Assembly: GCA_964621445.1 (NCBI GenBank)
Contig: CAZUNO010000032.1
Location: 1-27,186, forward strand
Source: Candidatus Hadarchaeota archaeon
Lineage (GTDB): Archaea; CAYQAE01; CAYVLA01
DNA: 27,186 nucleotides
Direction of reading: 5' to 3'
In this document: in pieces, positions 8,604 through 16,591 of the stretch
Layout: each line of letters begins with the position of its first letter
Numbering within the stretch: position 1 is the stretch's first letter
The notes under the pieces: generated by a model
Seen by the model: only the letters and a program-made list of their open reading frames with translations
Told to the model about the DNA's origin: nothing
The model's database searches: none
Position numbers and translations under genes: made by a program

Positions 8604-10748
8604 ATGATGAAGGATTTCTTCCAGGGCAGATACATCATTCTCTTCCAGGTGGGATGTCTTCTGCTATTGTACACGTCCGGGGCCTTCGTCCGGCTTGCTC
8701 CCATAGAGAATTGGGGAGTCTATGTAACGGCGGATGACCCGGTTCTACATGTGAGGCTAACTGAATATGTCCTGGAAAACGGTCACCTTCCACGGATGGA
8801 TGATCTGGCCTGGTATCCCTGGGGACAGAACTGGGAGACCACGCTCCCCAACTTCAGGTACTATCTCACCGCCGGAATCTACTGGTTATTCAACGCCATG
8901 GGGATGGGGCTAAGCCTTTATGATTTCTGCGTGTTTTTCCCGGCCTTCTTCGCTCCCCTTGCGGTTATTCCCATGTTTCTGGCCGTCCGCGAAATATGGG
9001 ACTGGAAATCAGGGCTTGTGGCCGCGGGGGTCCTGGTCGTTTCTTCGGGTTACCTAACCAGGACCATCGCCGGTTTCTACCGGCACGAGCATGTGGGTAT
9101 CCCCCTGCTTATTACCTGTATCTACTTTTTCGTGAAAGGGATGAGGGCCGATACCCGAAGGGAGAATTTGATATATTCCGTACTATCCGGGTTTACCCTG
9201 GTTTTTTTAACCGGGACCTGGTCTGGATTCCGATTCCTGCTGGACGGATTTGCCGTTTTCATCTTTTTCATGATGTTTACCAGGAGGTTGGACCGTGAGA
9301 TGCTGTACTGTTTCATCATTACCGATGGCCTGGCCCTAGCGTCGACCTTCTTCTGGCCAAACCTAGCAACTAGATTCTTTACCAAGACCGAATTCGCGGT
9401 CCCCCTTGTCATTATTATTAGCGCTCTTCTTTACGAATTCGTTCTAAAAAAGAGGGTGGATAGGAGAAGAATCCCCGTAATTACCGCCGGAATGACCCTG
9501 GTACTTTTCCTTGGAATGCTGGCCACGGTAAGTAATCTTCCGAGCGGGCGATATGAGGTGGTGGTAAACCCCCTTCGTCAGGCCCCTTCGGGAGATGTAT
9601 CCCAGACAGTGGCAGAGCACGCTGGCATGCGCCTAAGCTGGAGTAATGGTAATCTGGAGTGGCCGGCACTGAGTTCCTACGGGATTTTCCTCTTCCTGGT
9701 TCCCCTAGGGTTGATCCTCCCCTTCTACCAGCATTCCTCCGCACAGGACGCCAATCGTGATGTCCTATCATTGCTGGTTTTCTCAACGCTTCTCCTTTTC
9801 CTGGCCCTGGACCCATACCCGGCCCTGATGTGCTATGGACTGGTTTGGTTAGGGATGGCGGGTTTGTGGTATATAACCCCGGAGAAGAATCGACCAGGTA
9901 ACAGCGAGTTCCTGGTCATGCTATTTGCCCTTCTGGCAGCCTATTTCTTCAAGAACATGATCAGGTTGAACATTCTGTTCTCGGTGTTCGTGGCGGTTCA
10001 GTCCGGCCTATGCTTTTCATATGGGATCAGGTTCATAAACTCCAGATTCGGCAAATCGGAGGAGGAGGTTAGCAGTTCATCAAGAAGCCGGAGCTCGAGG
10101 AGGGCACGAAGGAAGAGCAAAAAGAAGAAGACGTCCAAGGGGCGGGATAATGTATTTACCGCGGAGATCGCTCTATCAGTAGCAATCGTTCTCCTGTTGC
10201 TGTGGCCGATTTCGGGTTCCTATAAAACCGCAAGGGGTTATCCCCTCGGTCTTCGGGAGGACTGGTTCAAGGCTCTTGATTGGCTGGAGGAGAATAGCCA
10301 GCCTGATGACGTGGTTATGTCCTGGTGGGATTACGGTTACTGGATACAGACCTACGCGGGAAGACCAACCATAGCGGATGGAGCAACCACCAACAGCACC
10401 CAGATTCGCAAAATTGCAAGGGCGTTCATCACCACCGAGTCGGCTGCGCACGATTTCTGTCTGGAGTACGATGTCAGATACATAGTGATTGATGTCTCCG
10501 ATGATTTCATAGGTGGAAAATGGACTGCTATGGCAGTTATCGCCAAACAGAATGTCGGAGACTACATGGCAGTGGATGAGAATGGCCAGACTATGATATT
10601 GGATAAGGGTCAAAGGTGCCCCCTGTTCAGGATGGCTTCCAGGGGCCTCCTGCAGCAGGAACTACCGCCTCTGGACGGTTTTGAATACAAAGTTTCCTTT
10701 TCCGGAGAAAGGGGCGGAAGGGTAATAATATACGAATTTTTAGGTTGA
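8604..10748 (+). CDS. aglB: Oligosaccharyltransferase AglB/STT3 (copy 2)
   Basis: 714 aa with DDP, YRHE, TVAE, WWDYG and DGATTNST motifs; Ser/Arg/Lys-rich loop before the last TM. Confidence 0.93.
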   Translation: MMKDFFQGRYIILFQVGCLLLLYTSGAFVRLAPIENWGVYVTADDPVLHVRLTEYVLENGHLPRMDDLAWYPWGQNWETTLPNFRYYLTAGIYWLFNAMGMGLSLYDFCVFFPAFFAPLAVIPMFLAVREIWDWKSGLVAAGVLVVSSGYLTRTIAGFYRHEHVGIPLLITCIYFFVKGMRADTRRENLIYSVLSGFTLVFLTGTWSGFRFLLDGFAVFIFFMMFTRRLDREMLYCFIITDGLALASTFFWPNLATRFFTKTEFAVPLVIIISALLYEFVLKKRVDRRRIPVITAGMTLVLFLGMLATVSNLPSGRYEVVVNPLRQAPSGDVSQTVAEHAGMRLSWSNGNLEWPALSSYGIFLFLVPLGLILPFYQHSSAQDANRDVLSLLVFSTLLLFLALDPYPALMCYGLVWLGMAGLWYITPEKNRPGNSEFLVMLFALLAAYFFKNMIRLNILFSVFVAVQSGLCFSYGIRFINSRFGKSEEEVSSSSRSRSSRRARRKSKKKKTSKGRDNVFTAEIALSVAIVLLLLWPISGSYKTARGYPLGLREDWFKALDWLEENSQPDDVVMSWWDYGYWIQTYAGRPTIADGATTNSTQIRKIARAFITTESAAHDFCLEYDVRYIVIDVSDDFIGGKWTAMAVIAKQNVGDYMAVDENGQTMILDKGQRCPLFRMASRGLLQQELPPLDGFEYKVSFSGERGGRVIIYEFLG

Positions 10749-10869
10749 TCGTCCAGTTGCCGCTTTGAGAGGGTCGGGGGGCCATGAGATTTTTCCCCGG
10801 TTCCGGTCCATAGCTTGAGGGTCAGATAGATTCCATTAATTGAAAGCAACGCCAAAGATATGGAAAATG

Positions 10870-10920
10870 GAGATAAAAACAAGAAAAAAAAGCTAAGCTA
10901 GCAAATTAGAAAAAGAGGAA
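10870..10920 (-). terminator. Oligo-T terminator region
   Basis: Several T-runs on the minus strand (TTTTTC, TTTTTTTTC, TTTTTA) just downstream of the 10936 stop, typical of archaeal termination. Confidence 0.45.
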
Positions 10921-10935
10921 GGGCGGTGAAGCCAA

Positions 10936-11523
10936 CTAGTCCAGCAGCTTCACCGTCAGCGTCCTATTGTCCAGGGAAACCGGGTCTTCGTTTGTGTACG
11001 CGTAGTACATCTTTACGTCGTAAGTGCTCTGGTTGGCTCCTTCAGGCAGCTGTGGGCACATTATGGTGACCCTTATTGCCCTCTGAGAGTCCAGCGTCGT
11101 GAATCTCCACTGATACTTGCCCTCTCGCTCGGTCCAGGTTTCATTCGCTTCGGTAAAGTCAATTTCTCCAAGTTCAAGGAGTATGGAGACCCCCTTGGCC
11201 TTTCCCTTTACCGGCTCGAATATCAGGTCAAGATTCTCTTTCTTCACCTGGTATGATGTCCACTTGCTTCTGTTGCCGCCGAATTCCTTGTACTCTTCTG
11301 GATACTCCATTATCCATTCCATGTGTCCCGTAACTTCCGGTTCGTAGAGCCACTTCGAAACCCAGTTGGTCTTGGTGAAGATTCCCCAAGCAGCAATCAA
11401 AAGCAGTATGATCGCCACTACAAGTATGCCAAGACGAATCTTCCTCCTAGTTGGGGATTCGACGTACCGCACTTCCTCCTCTTCGACTTCTGGCTCCTTA
11501 CTTTCTTCAGGTGCTTCAGCCAC
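10936..11523 (-). CDS. Hypothetical single-pass membrane protein with extracellular domain
   Basis: Acidic N-tail, RRKIR followed by a TM helix, beta-rich C-domain with four N-X-S/T sequons; GAGGAGG RBS before the GTG. Confidence 0.75.
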   Translation of the reverse strand: MAEAPEESKEPEVEEEEVRYVESPTRRKIRLGILVVAIILLLIAAWGIFTKTNWVSKWLYEPEVTGHMEWIMEYPEEYKEFGGNRSKWTSYQVKKENLDLIFEPVKGKAKGVSILLELGEIDFTEANETWTEREGKYQWRFTTLDSQRAIRVTIMCPQLPEGANQSTYDVKMYYAYTNEDPVSLDNRTLTVKLLD

Positions 11524-11535
11524 TCACAAACCTCC

Positions 11536-11721
11536 TCAGGAAATTCTCCTCCTTAAACCGACAATACAAAGGATGAGACCTGCAAAAATCATGATGAACA
11601 TAAGTAGCGATGTCACATCCGTGGATGCCGTTGGATTGAACATGGTAGCCATGCCGACAACCGCTCCTATGCACATTAGACCTATTCCGGCTAGGAATAC
11701 TGGTCCACCTTTTCTAGCTAT
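11536..11721 (-). CDS. Small two-TM membrane protein (about 61 aa)
   Basis: Two hydrophobic helices ending in RRRIS. A TATA box (TTTATAAG, 11774-11767) lies inside the longer track ORF and GGAGGA precedes ATA at 11721, implying an ATA start. Confidence 0.65.
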   Translation of the reverse strand: MARKGGPVFLAGIGLMCIGAVVGMATMFNPTASTDVTSLLMFIMIFAGLILCIVGLRRRIS

Positions 11722-11872
11722 GAGAACTCCTCCTGGGGGATACGGTTTTGAGAGGAAGCCAAATGGCTTATAAAGGTTATTGTGTCGACGCGGGAGAAGG
11801 GGGCTATCGGTGGCATCAATCATACAGTATGGTTAAAACTGCATTTAGATAAAGGAGTTAATGGAAAAAGGA

Positions 11873-12043
11873 TGGGGCCACAGGGATTTTCGTCAGGTCC
11901 AGACCCGATTTCGAACCCTGGTCGGTGGGTTTCTTCCGAGACCCTCCGTTGCTCATCGGCTCATTGCCTCGCCGCTCCGGAGTCTAAGACTGGAGCCCAC
12001 TATGGTTCCGGGGTGAATCCTTACCGGACTACACCATGGCCCC
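11873..12043 (-). tRNA. trnW: tRNA-Trp(CCA) with three introns (21/22, 37/38, 59/60)
   Basis: Removing 12021-12006, 11989-11931 and 11909-11887 gives a 73-nt cloverleaf: GGGGCCA TG GTGT AGTCCGGTA CCAT A GTGGG CT-CCA-GA CCCAC CGAC CAGGG TTCGAAT CCCTG TGGCCCC A. Anticodon at 11993-11991; each junction forms a BHB-type motif; CCA end not encoded. Confidence 0.92.
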
Positions 12044-12067
12044 TTGAATAGGTCCGGAGGCTGAGAT

Positions 12068-12084
12068 CAATAAATATCTTTTCG
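12068..12084 (-). promoter_or_regulatory. BRE/TATA promoter of tRNA-Trp
   Basis: CGAAAAG-ATATTTATTG about 25-40 nt upstream of the mature 5' end; a TTTTT run follows the tRNA 3' end. Confidence 0.6.
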
Positions 12085-12103
12085 GGTTAAGAATGCATCA
12101 ATC

Positions 12104-13303
12104 TTAGCGTTTTTCCCGGTCTTCCACTCGACTTCTCGGTTGAATCAATGAACCGGGAGCTATCTTAGCTCCTTCTCCGATGATGGATTCATCTCCCACC
12201 ACCGGGCCCATTCTCTCCCTTCCCGAGTTTCTCCATTCCCCCTTTATCCTCATCCGAATTTCCTTTTCGGAGTCGTTCTCTCCCATCAAATGGGCATTTG
12301 GTTTCACCAAGCACCCGGAGCCAAGAATACAACATAGGAGATCGCACGAGGATTGAATTTCACATTCATCCATGATGACGGATCCCTGGACCTTGCTGCC
12401 GGAAATAATAACCCCATCAGCAATGGATGTGAAGGGACCGATACGGGAGGGCCCCTCGATCCGACAGCCTTCACCTATGGCGCATGGCCCCTGGAGCTCG
12501 ACCTCCTTACCAACAAGTGTTCCTTTCCCCACGGATACCTTTCCCTCCAACGTTCCGAGAACTCTTGCTGACGGGTCGATATTCCCCCGGTTCTTCCTTA
12601 GAAACTTCTCATTAAGGTCGAGTATGTCCCAGGGCTTTCCTAATTCAACCCATTCCTCTACCTCATAGCAACGAACCATATCTCCCGAATCTATAAGGTC
12701 CTGAAGGGTGTCGGTTATCTCAATTTCATTTCTAATGCGGTTTGGTGGGGTATTTTCTATCCTGTCGAAGATGTCCCTATCGAAGATATAGGTCCCAACA
12801 TTGGCCATGTTGGAAGGGGGGTCCGGTGGTTTTTCCATGACCCTGGTTACATAATCCCCCTGGAGTTCAAAGATTCCATAGTCCCTCGGATTTGGGACCT
12901 TCTTGGCAGCCACGCTTACCGTGTCCGAACCCAGCATTTTTCCCAGGCTCTGGTTATCTATGAGAACGTCTCCATTTAGAACCAGGAACATGCCATCCAC
13001 CGCCCCTTTGGCGGACCTGATGGCATCGGCGGTTCCTCTGGCCTCCCGCTGTAACCGGGTTTCTATATCCATGTCTAACCCCCGAAGTCCATCCAGCCAG
13101 TCACCTATTTCCTGGCTCATGTAGCCCACTATTATGACGGCTTTATCTATACCCAGATTCTCCAGTTGGTCCAGTTGGTACCGGAGAAATGGTCGGTTCA
13201 TGATTGGTATGAGTACCTTGGGTCTGGTCAGTGTCAAGGGTCGGAGACGTGTTCCCTCTCCAGCGGCGAGGATAACTGCCTCCGCTATATCGGATATCGG
13301 CAT
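12104..13303 (-). CDS. glmU: Bifunctional sugar-1-phosphate nucleotidylyltransferase/acetyltransferase (archaeal GlmU-like)
   Basis: AVILAAGEGTRLRPLT..RPK, GTADA, LNGD and EKP motifs; C-terminal hexapeptide left-handed beta-helix ending GRERMGPVVGD. Confidence 0.85.
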   Translation of the reverse strand: MPISDIAEAVILAAGEGTRLRPLTLTRPKVLIPIMNRPFLRYQLDQLENLGIDKAVIIVGYMSQEIGDWLDGLRGLDMDIETRLQREARGTADAIRSAKGAVDGMFLVLNGDVLIDNQSLGKMLGSDTVSVAAKKVPNPRDYGIFELQGDYVTRVMEKPPDPPSNMANVGTYIFDRDIFDRIENTPPNRIRNEIEITDTLQDLIDSGDMVRCYEVEEWVELGKPWDILDLNEKFLRKNRGNIDPSARVLGTLEGKVSVGKGTLVGKEVELQGPCAIGEGCRIEGPSRIGPFTSIADGVIISGSKVQGSVIMDECEIQSSCDLLCCILGSGCLVKPNAHLMGENDSEKEIRMRIKGEWRNSGRERMGPVVGDESIIGEGAKIAPGSLIQPRSRVEDREKR

Positions 13304-13344
13304 TCCTGGTCAAAGTTTTATCCCCATGTTTTCAAATATCTTCC

Positions 13345-14403
13345 GTGTCCAAATTAAACTCGGTACGTATAGATGGCAGGTATGGAGAGGGCGGCGGGAG
13401 CATACTGCGTCTGGCCGTTGCCATGTCGGCGGTAACCGGCAAACCGGTTACGGTGAATGATATCAGGAGGAACCGTCCAAGGCCTGGCCTGGCCCCTCAG
13501 CACCTCAATGGTTTAAAGGCCATGGCCAGCCTCTTCGGCGCACGCACCAAGGGTATGGAGTTGGGTTCGACCACAATTGAATTCGATCCCCGGGAACCGA
13601 GGCATAAGGGGCTCTCGGTTGATGTGGGCACGGCTGGGAGCACGGGGCTCATACTTCAGATCCTGATGATCGTCCTTCCCTTCATCGATGGAGGGATGGA
13701 GATTTCCCTGAAAGGCGGCACCCATGTCAGGTGGTCGCCAAATATCGATTATATCGACCACGTAACAATCCCTCTGCTCGAGAAGATGGGGTATGAGGCA
13801 TCCTTATCGATGAGGAAACCTGGGTATTATCCCAAGGGAGGGGGCCAGGTGATTTTTCATTCCCGGCCCTGCGCTCCCCTCAAGGCCATCGATCTTGAGT
13901 CCTTTGGGAGCATAGAGTCCATGGAGGGAGTATCCAGGGCCTCCAACCTTCCGTCCCACGTGCCCAGGAGACAGGCTGAGTCGGCTTCCAGTTCGCTGTC
14001 GATCTCGGGTGAACCCCAAATAGATGTGGTCACCGAGGATGCCTTTTGTCCCGGCAGTGCCATAACTCTATGGGGCTCCACCAGCACCGGCTGCATTTTG
14101 GGTTCATCGGCGCTGGGGGAGAAGGGCAAGCCTGCGGAGAAGGTAGGACGGGAAGCGGCCGAGGAGATGAACGATTACATTCAAAATGGGTCGCCAGTGG
14201 ACCATTATGCCCTGGACCAATTACTTCCCTACGCGGCCTTGGCCAAGGGAAGGTCGGTCCTAAGGTCATCAAAGCTGACAAAGCATGCCATTACTAACAT
14301 ATATGTGGTACAGGAGTTCCTGGACCTCTCGTTTGAGGTTGAGGGCCAGGAAGGAAGGGAGTGTATGATCGCAGTAAAGGGAGCCGGACTGGAGGGTATC
14401 TAA
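13345..14403 (+). CDS. rtcA: RNA 3'-terminal phosphate cyclase
   Basis: [32 protein letters not shown] and DQLL motifs; catalytic His in TKHAITN. Confidence 0.95.
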   Translation: MSKLNSVRIDGRYGEGGGSILRLAVAMSAVTGKPVTVNDIRRNRPRPGLAPQHLNGLKAMASLFGARTKGMELGSTTIEFDPREPRHKGLSVDVGTAGSTGLILQILMIVLPFIDGGMEISLKGGTHVRWSPNIDYIDHVTIPLLEKMGYEASLSMRKPGYYPKGGGQVIFHSRPCAPLKAIDLESFGSIESMEGVSRASNLPSHVPRRQAESASSSLSISGEPQIDVVTEDAFCPGSAITLWGSTSTGCILGSSALGEKGKPAEKVGREAAEEMNDYIQNGSPVDHYALDQLLPYAALAKGRSVLRSSKLTKHAITNIYVVQEFLDLSFEVEGQEGRECMIAVKGAGLEGI

Positions 14404-14404
14404 A

Positions 14405-14830
14405 ATGAGCGATGTTTGTATATTGATGGGAAGCGAATCGGATAGAGAGATAGCAGATAAGGCCACCAGGATTCTTAAGGAACTGGGCATCGACCACGTG
14501 GTGTACGTCGCCTCCGCCCACAGAAATCCGGAAAAGGTGGAAGGTATAATCCAAGAGACCGATGCCGAAATTTTCATTGCCATAGCCGGTTTGGCGGCTC
14601 ACCTGCCGGGGTTCATTGCCAGCCGGACCACCAGGCCGGTAATCGGGGTCCCGGTCTCCGCCAAGTTGGGTGGACTTGACTCACTTCTGTCGATTGTCCA
14701 GATGCCCAACGGCGTCCCCGTGGCTACCGTGGGCATCGATAGGGGTGATAATGCCGCGCTGATGGCGGCCTCGATACTGGCGCTGCGGGACGAGGATCTT
14801 TCTGGTAAGCTGCAAGCAAGGAGAAAATAA
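14405..14830 (+). CDS. purE: N5-CAIR mutase / AIR carboxylase PurE
   Basis: [25 protein letters not shown] and [14 protein letters not shown] motifs. Confidence 0.95.
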   Translation: MSDVCILMGSESDREIADKATRILKELGIDHVVYVASAHRNPEKVEGIIQETDAEIFIAIAGLAAHLPGFIASRTTRPVIGVPVSAKLGGLDSLLSIVQMPNGVPVATVGIDRGDNAALMAASILALRDEDLSGKLQARRK

Positions 14831-14833
14831 GCG

Positions 14834-15439
14834 TTGTCAAAATGGACCAGGAAGAGGAAGAGAGAGAAGTATTACCGGAAGGCCAAAAAGGGAGGCTACA
14901 GATCCAGGTCCTCCTACAAGCTACTGCAGCTGGACAGGAAACATCACCTTATCCGTGAGGGTGACCGGGTTCTTGACGTGGGCTGTGCCCCTGGGGGATG
15001 GTCCCAGGCAGCTAGGAAGCGAGTTGGGCCAGAAGGAATGGTCGTGGGCGTCGATCTGGAGAGAACACGCCCGCTGGAATACGATAACGTTGCCTTTATT
15101 AAGGGGGATATCCTCGCTGAGGAAACACTTGAGGTCATCAGGTCAATTTCACCCGAGTTTGAGGTCCTGGTTTCCGATGCTTCCCCGAAAATCACCGGCA
15201 TCTGGAGCCGGGACCACCTCCTGTCCGTGGACCTTGCACGCCGTGTTCTGGAGATCTGTGATCAACTATTGGTTGAGGGAGGAAATATGATGGTTAAGGT
15301 TTTCCAGGGGAATGAACTAAAGTCCTTCGAGGAAGATATGAAGGGGAATTTCAGCTTCTGCAAGAGATCGAAGCCGGACGCCTCAAGGGATAGGAGTTCA
15401 GAGATCTATCTGGTGGGAAAGGGGTTCTCCAGGCCCTAG
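14834..15439 (+). CDS. rlmE: 23S rRNA Um2552 2'-O-methyltransferase RlmE/FtsJ
   Basis: YRSRSSYKL, DVGCAPGGWS, SDASP, KVFQG and SSEIY, giving the K-D-K-E tetrad. Confidence 0.95.
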   Translation: MSKWTRKRKREKYYRKAKKGGYRSRSSYKLLQLDRKHHLIREGDRVLDVGCAPGGWSQAARKRVGPEGMVVGVDLERTRPLEYDNVAFIKGDILAEETLEVIRSISPEFEVLVSDASPKITGIWSRDHLLSVDLARRVLEICDQLLVEGGNMMVKVFQGNELKSFEEDMKGNFSFCKRSKPDASRDRSSEIYLVGKGFSRP

Positions 15440-16374
15440 AGTGGTCCAAGGGTATCGAGAAGACTGCATGCCCTACACCTTGGACCTGCGGCGGGCTCGC
15501 CACATAACTGGCATTCGGTTAGCTCGATCCCATCATATGTGTTCCGTATCCTGTCCGCGATCCTATCCATGGACGAGAGGAAGGAGTTCTTGCTGGTGGG
15601 ACGGTTTTCCTCCAGTTGGTTGAGAAAGGTCCGTATATCGTTCCTCATATCATATTTTGAGTAAGGGCAGGACCCCAGCTGGAATTCAAGGTTCCGAAAA
15701 AGGTCGTAGAGAAGGGCTTCCCTTCCCGGTATCCGGCGCAAGGGCTTGGCTCGAGGAACCAGTTTCCCATGGTCCACGACGTATTTCCTCCCCGACCTGG
15801 CCACCCGAGCGACGTCCCCCCTGATAAGGTTCAAGAGGCCTGACTGGGTCTCGTCATCAAGGTTGTGCCCGGTTACCAGCTTGTCCGCGCCTAATTCTCG
15901 AGCCTTCCGGTTGATTAGCCACCTCCGAAAAACCCCGCAGTAGGTACATGCCTTCTCGATGGATCCCGACTTTTCCAGAATTGCGTCCAGCTCAAGGCCC
16001 AGCTCCTGGGTGAAGGATACCAGGTGAAAATCCATATCCCTTTCCCTTGCAGCATTTCTAGCGATCTCTATGCCCCGGTCCCTGTAGCCCTTGATTCCCT
16101 CGTCAATGGAGATAATCCCTGTTTGAAGTCGTCTGTCCCTGGCAATGGGCTGGACGATGTCCAGACATGCTATGCTGTCCTTTCCACCAGAGACTGCAAA
16201 CAGCACCTGATCATTTCTGTCAAAGATATCATTATTTCGAATCTCCCTTCTGACCCTCCTCCGGAGATTCTCGGTGAAGCATCTTCCACAGAAAAAATTT
16301 CCCGAGTACCTCTGAAAGTACCTGGCCTTCCCACCACATGAGTCGCATCTACGATCATCGTTGATGATCAACAC
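15436..16374 (-). CDS. ncsA: tRNA 2-thiouridine synthase, NcsA/TtuA/Ncs6 family (TIGR00269-like)
   Basis: N-terminal CxxC/CxxC, PP-loop SGGKDS, CTYCGVFRR, GHNLDD, CPY and a C-terminal CxxC...CxxC zinc finger. Confidence 0.9.
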   Translation of the reverse strand: MLIINDDRRCDSCGGKARYFQRYSGNFFCGRCFTENLRRRVRREIRNNDIFDRNDQVLFAVSGGKDSIACLDIVQPIARDRRLQTGIISIDEGIKGYRDRGIEIARNAARERDMDFHLVSFTQELGLELDAILEKSGSIEKACTYCGVFRRWLINRKARELGADKLVTGHNLDDETQSGLLNLIRGDVARVARSGRKYVVDHGKLVPRAKPLRRIPGREALLYDLFRNLEFQLGSCPYSKYDMRNDIRTFLNQLEENRPTSKNSFLSSMDRIADRIRNTYDGIELTECQLCGEPAAGPRCRACSLLDTLGPL

Positions 16375-16591
16375 CGCCTGGACAAGTACGGATCAGGGTG
16401 ACACGGTCTCCTTCCTCGAGGGTTTCACCCTCCCAGACTACCTGATCATTTAGGAGGGCCACGTATTCCTCCCTTAGAAGCTCCAGATTTTCCAACAGAT
16501 CGTTTATGGTGGATCTGGGCTCTAAAAGGAGCCTTCTTTTCCTGTCACCCGGCTTTATCGTGACCTCAACAGGCATCCGGGACAATTTCAT
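16355..16591 (-). CDS. MoaD/ThiS-family ubiquitin-like sulfur carrier (SAMP2/TtuB-like)
   Basis: Beta-grasp pattern TINDLLENL...LLNDQVV...LEEGDRVTLI; GG followed by VDHQR; directly upstream of ncsA. Confidence 0.85.
   Translation of the reverse strand: MKLSRMPVEVTIKPGDRKRRLLLEPRSTINDLLENLELLREEYVALLNDQVVWEGETLEEGDRVTLIRTCPGGVDHQR

Noticed and set aside
11931-11995. The intron-2 BHB helix (GAAG) would pair perfectly if the anticodon were UCA, hinting at C34-to-U editing and UGA recoding
   Set aside because: Single mismatches in relaxed BHB helices are tolerated, and TGA is the ordinary stop of many conserved genes here (deacetylase, ATP-grasp, flippase, aglB-2, mtaB).
11782-12051. 89-aa plus-strand ORF in the track
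   Set aside because: It is antisense to the tRNA-Trp gene and has no protein-like features.
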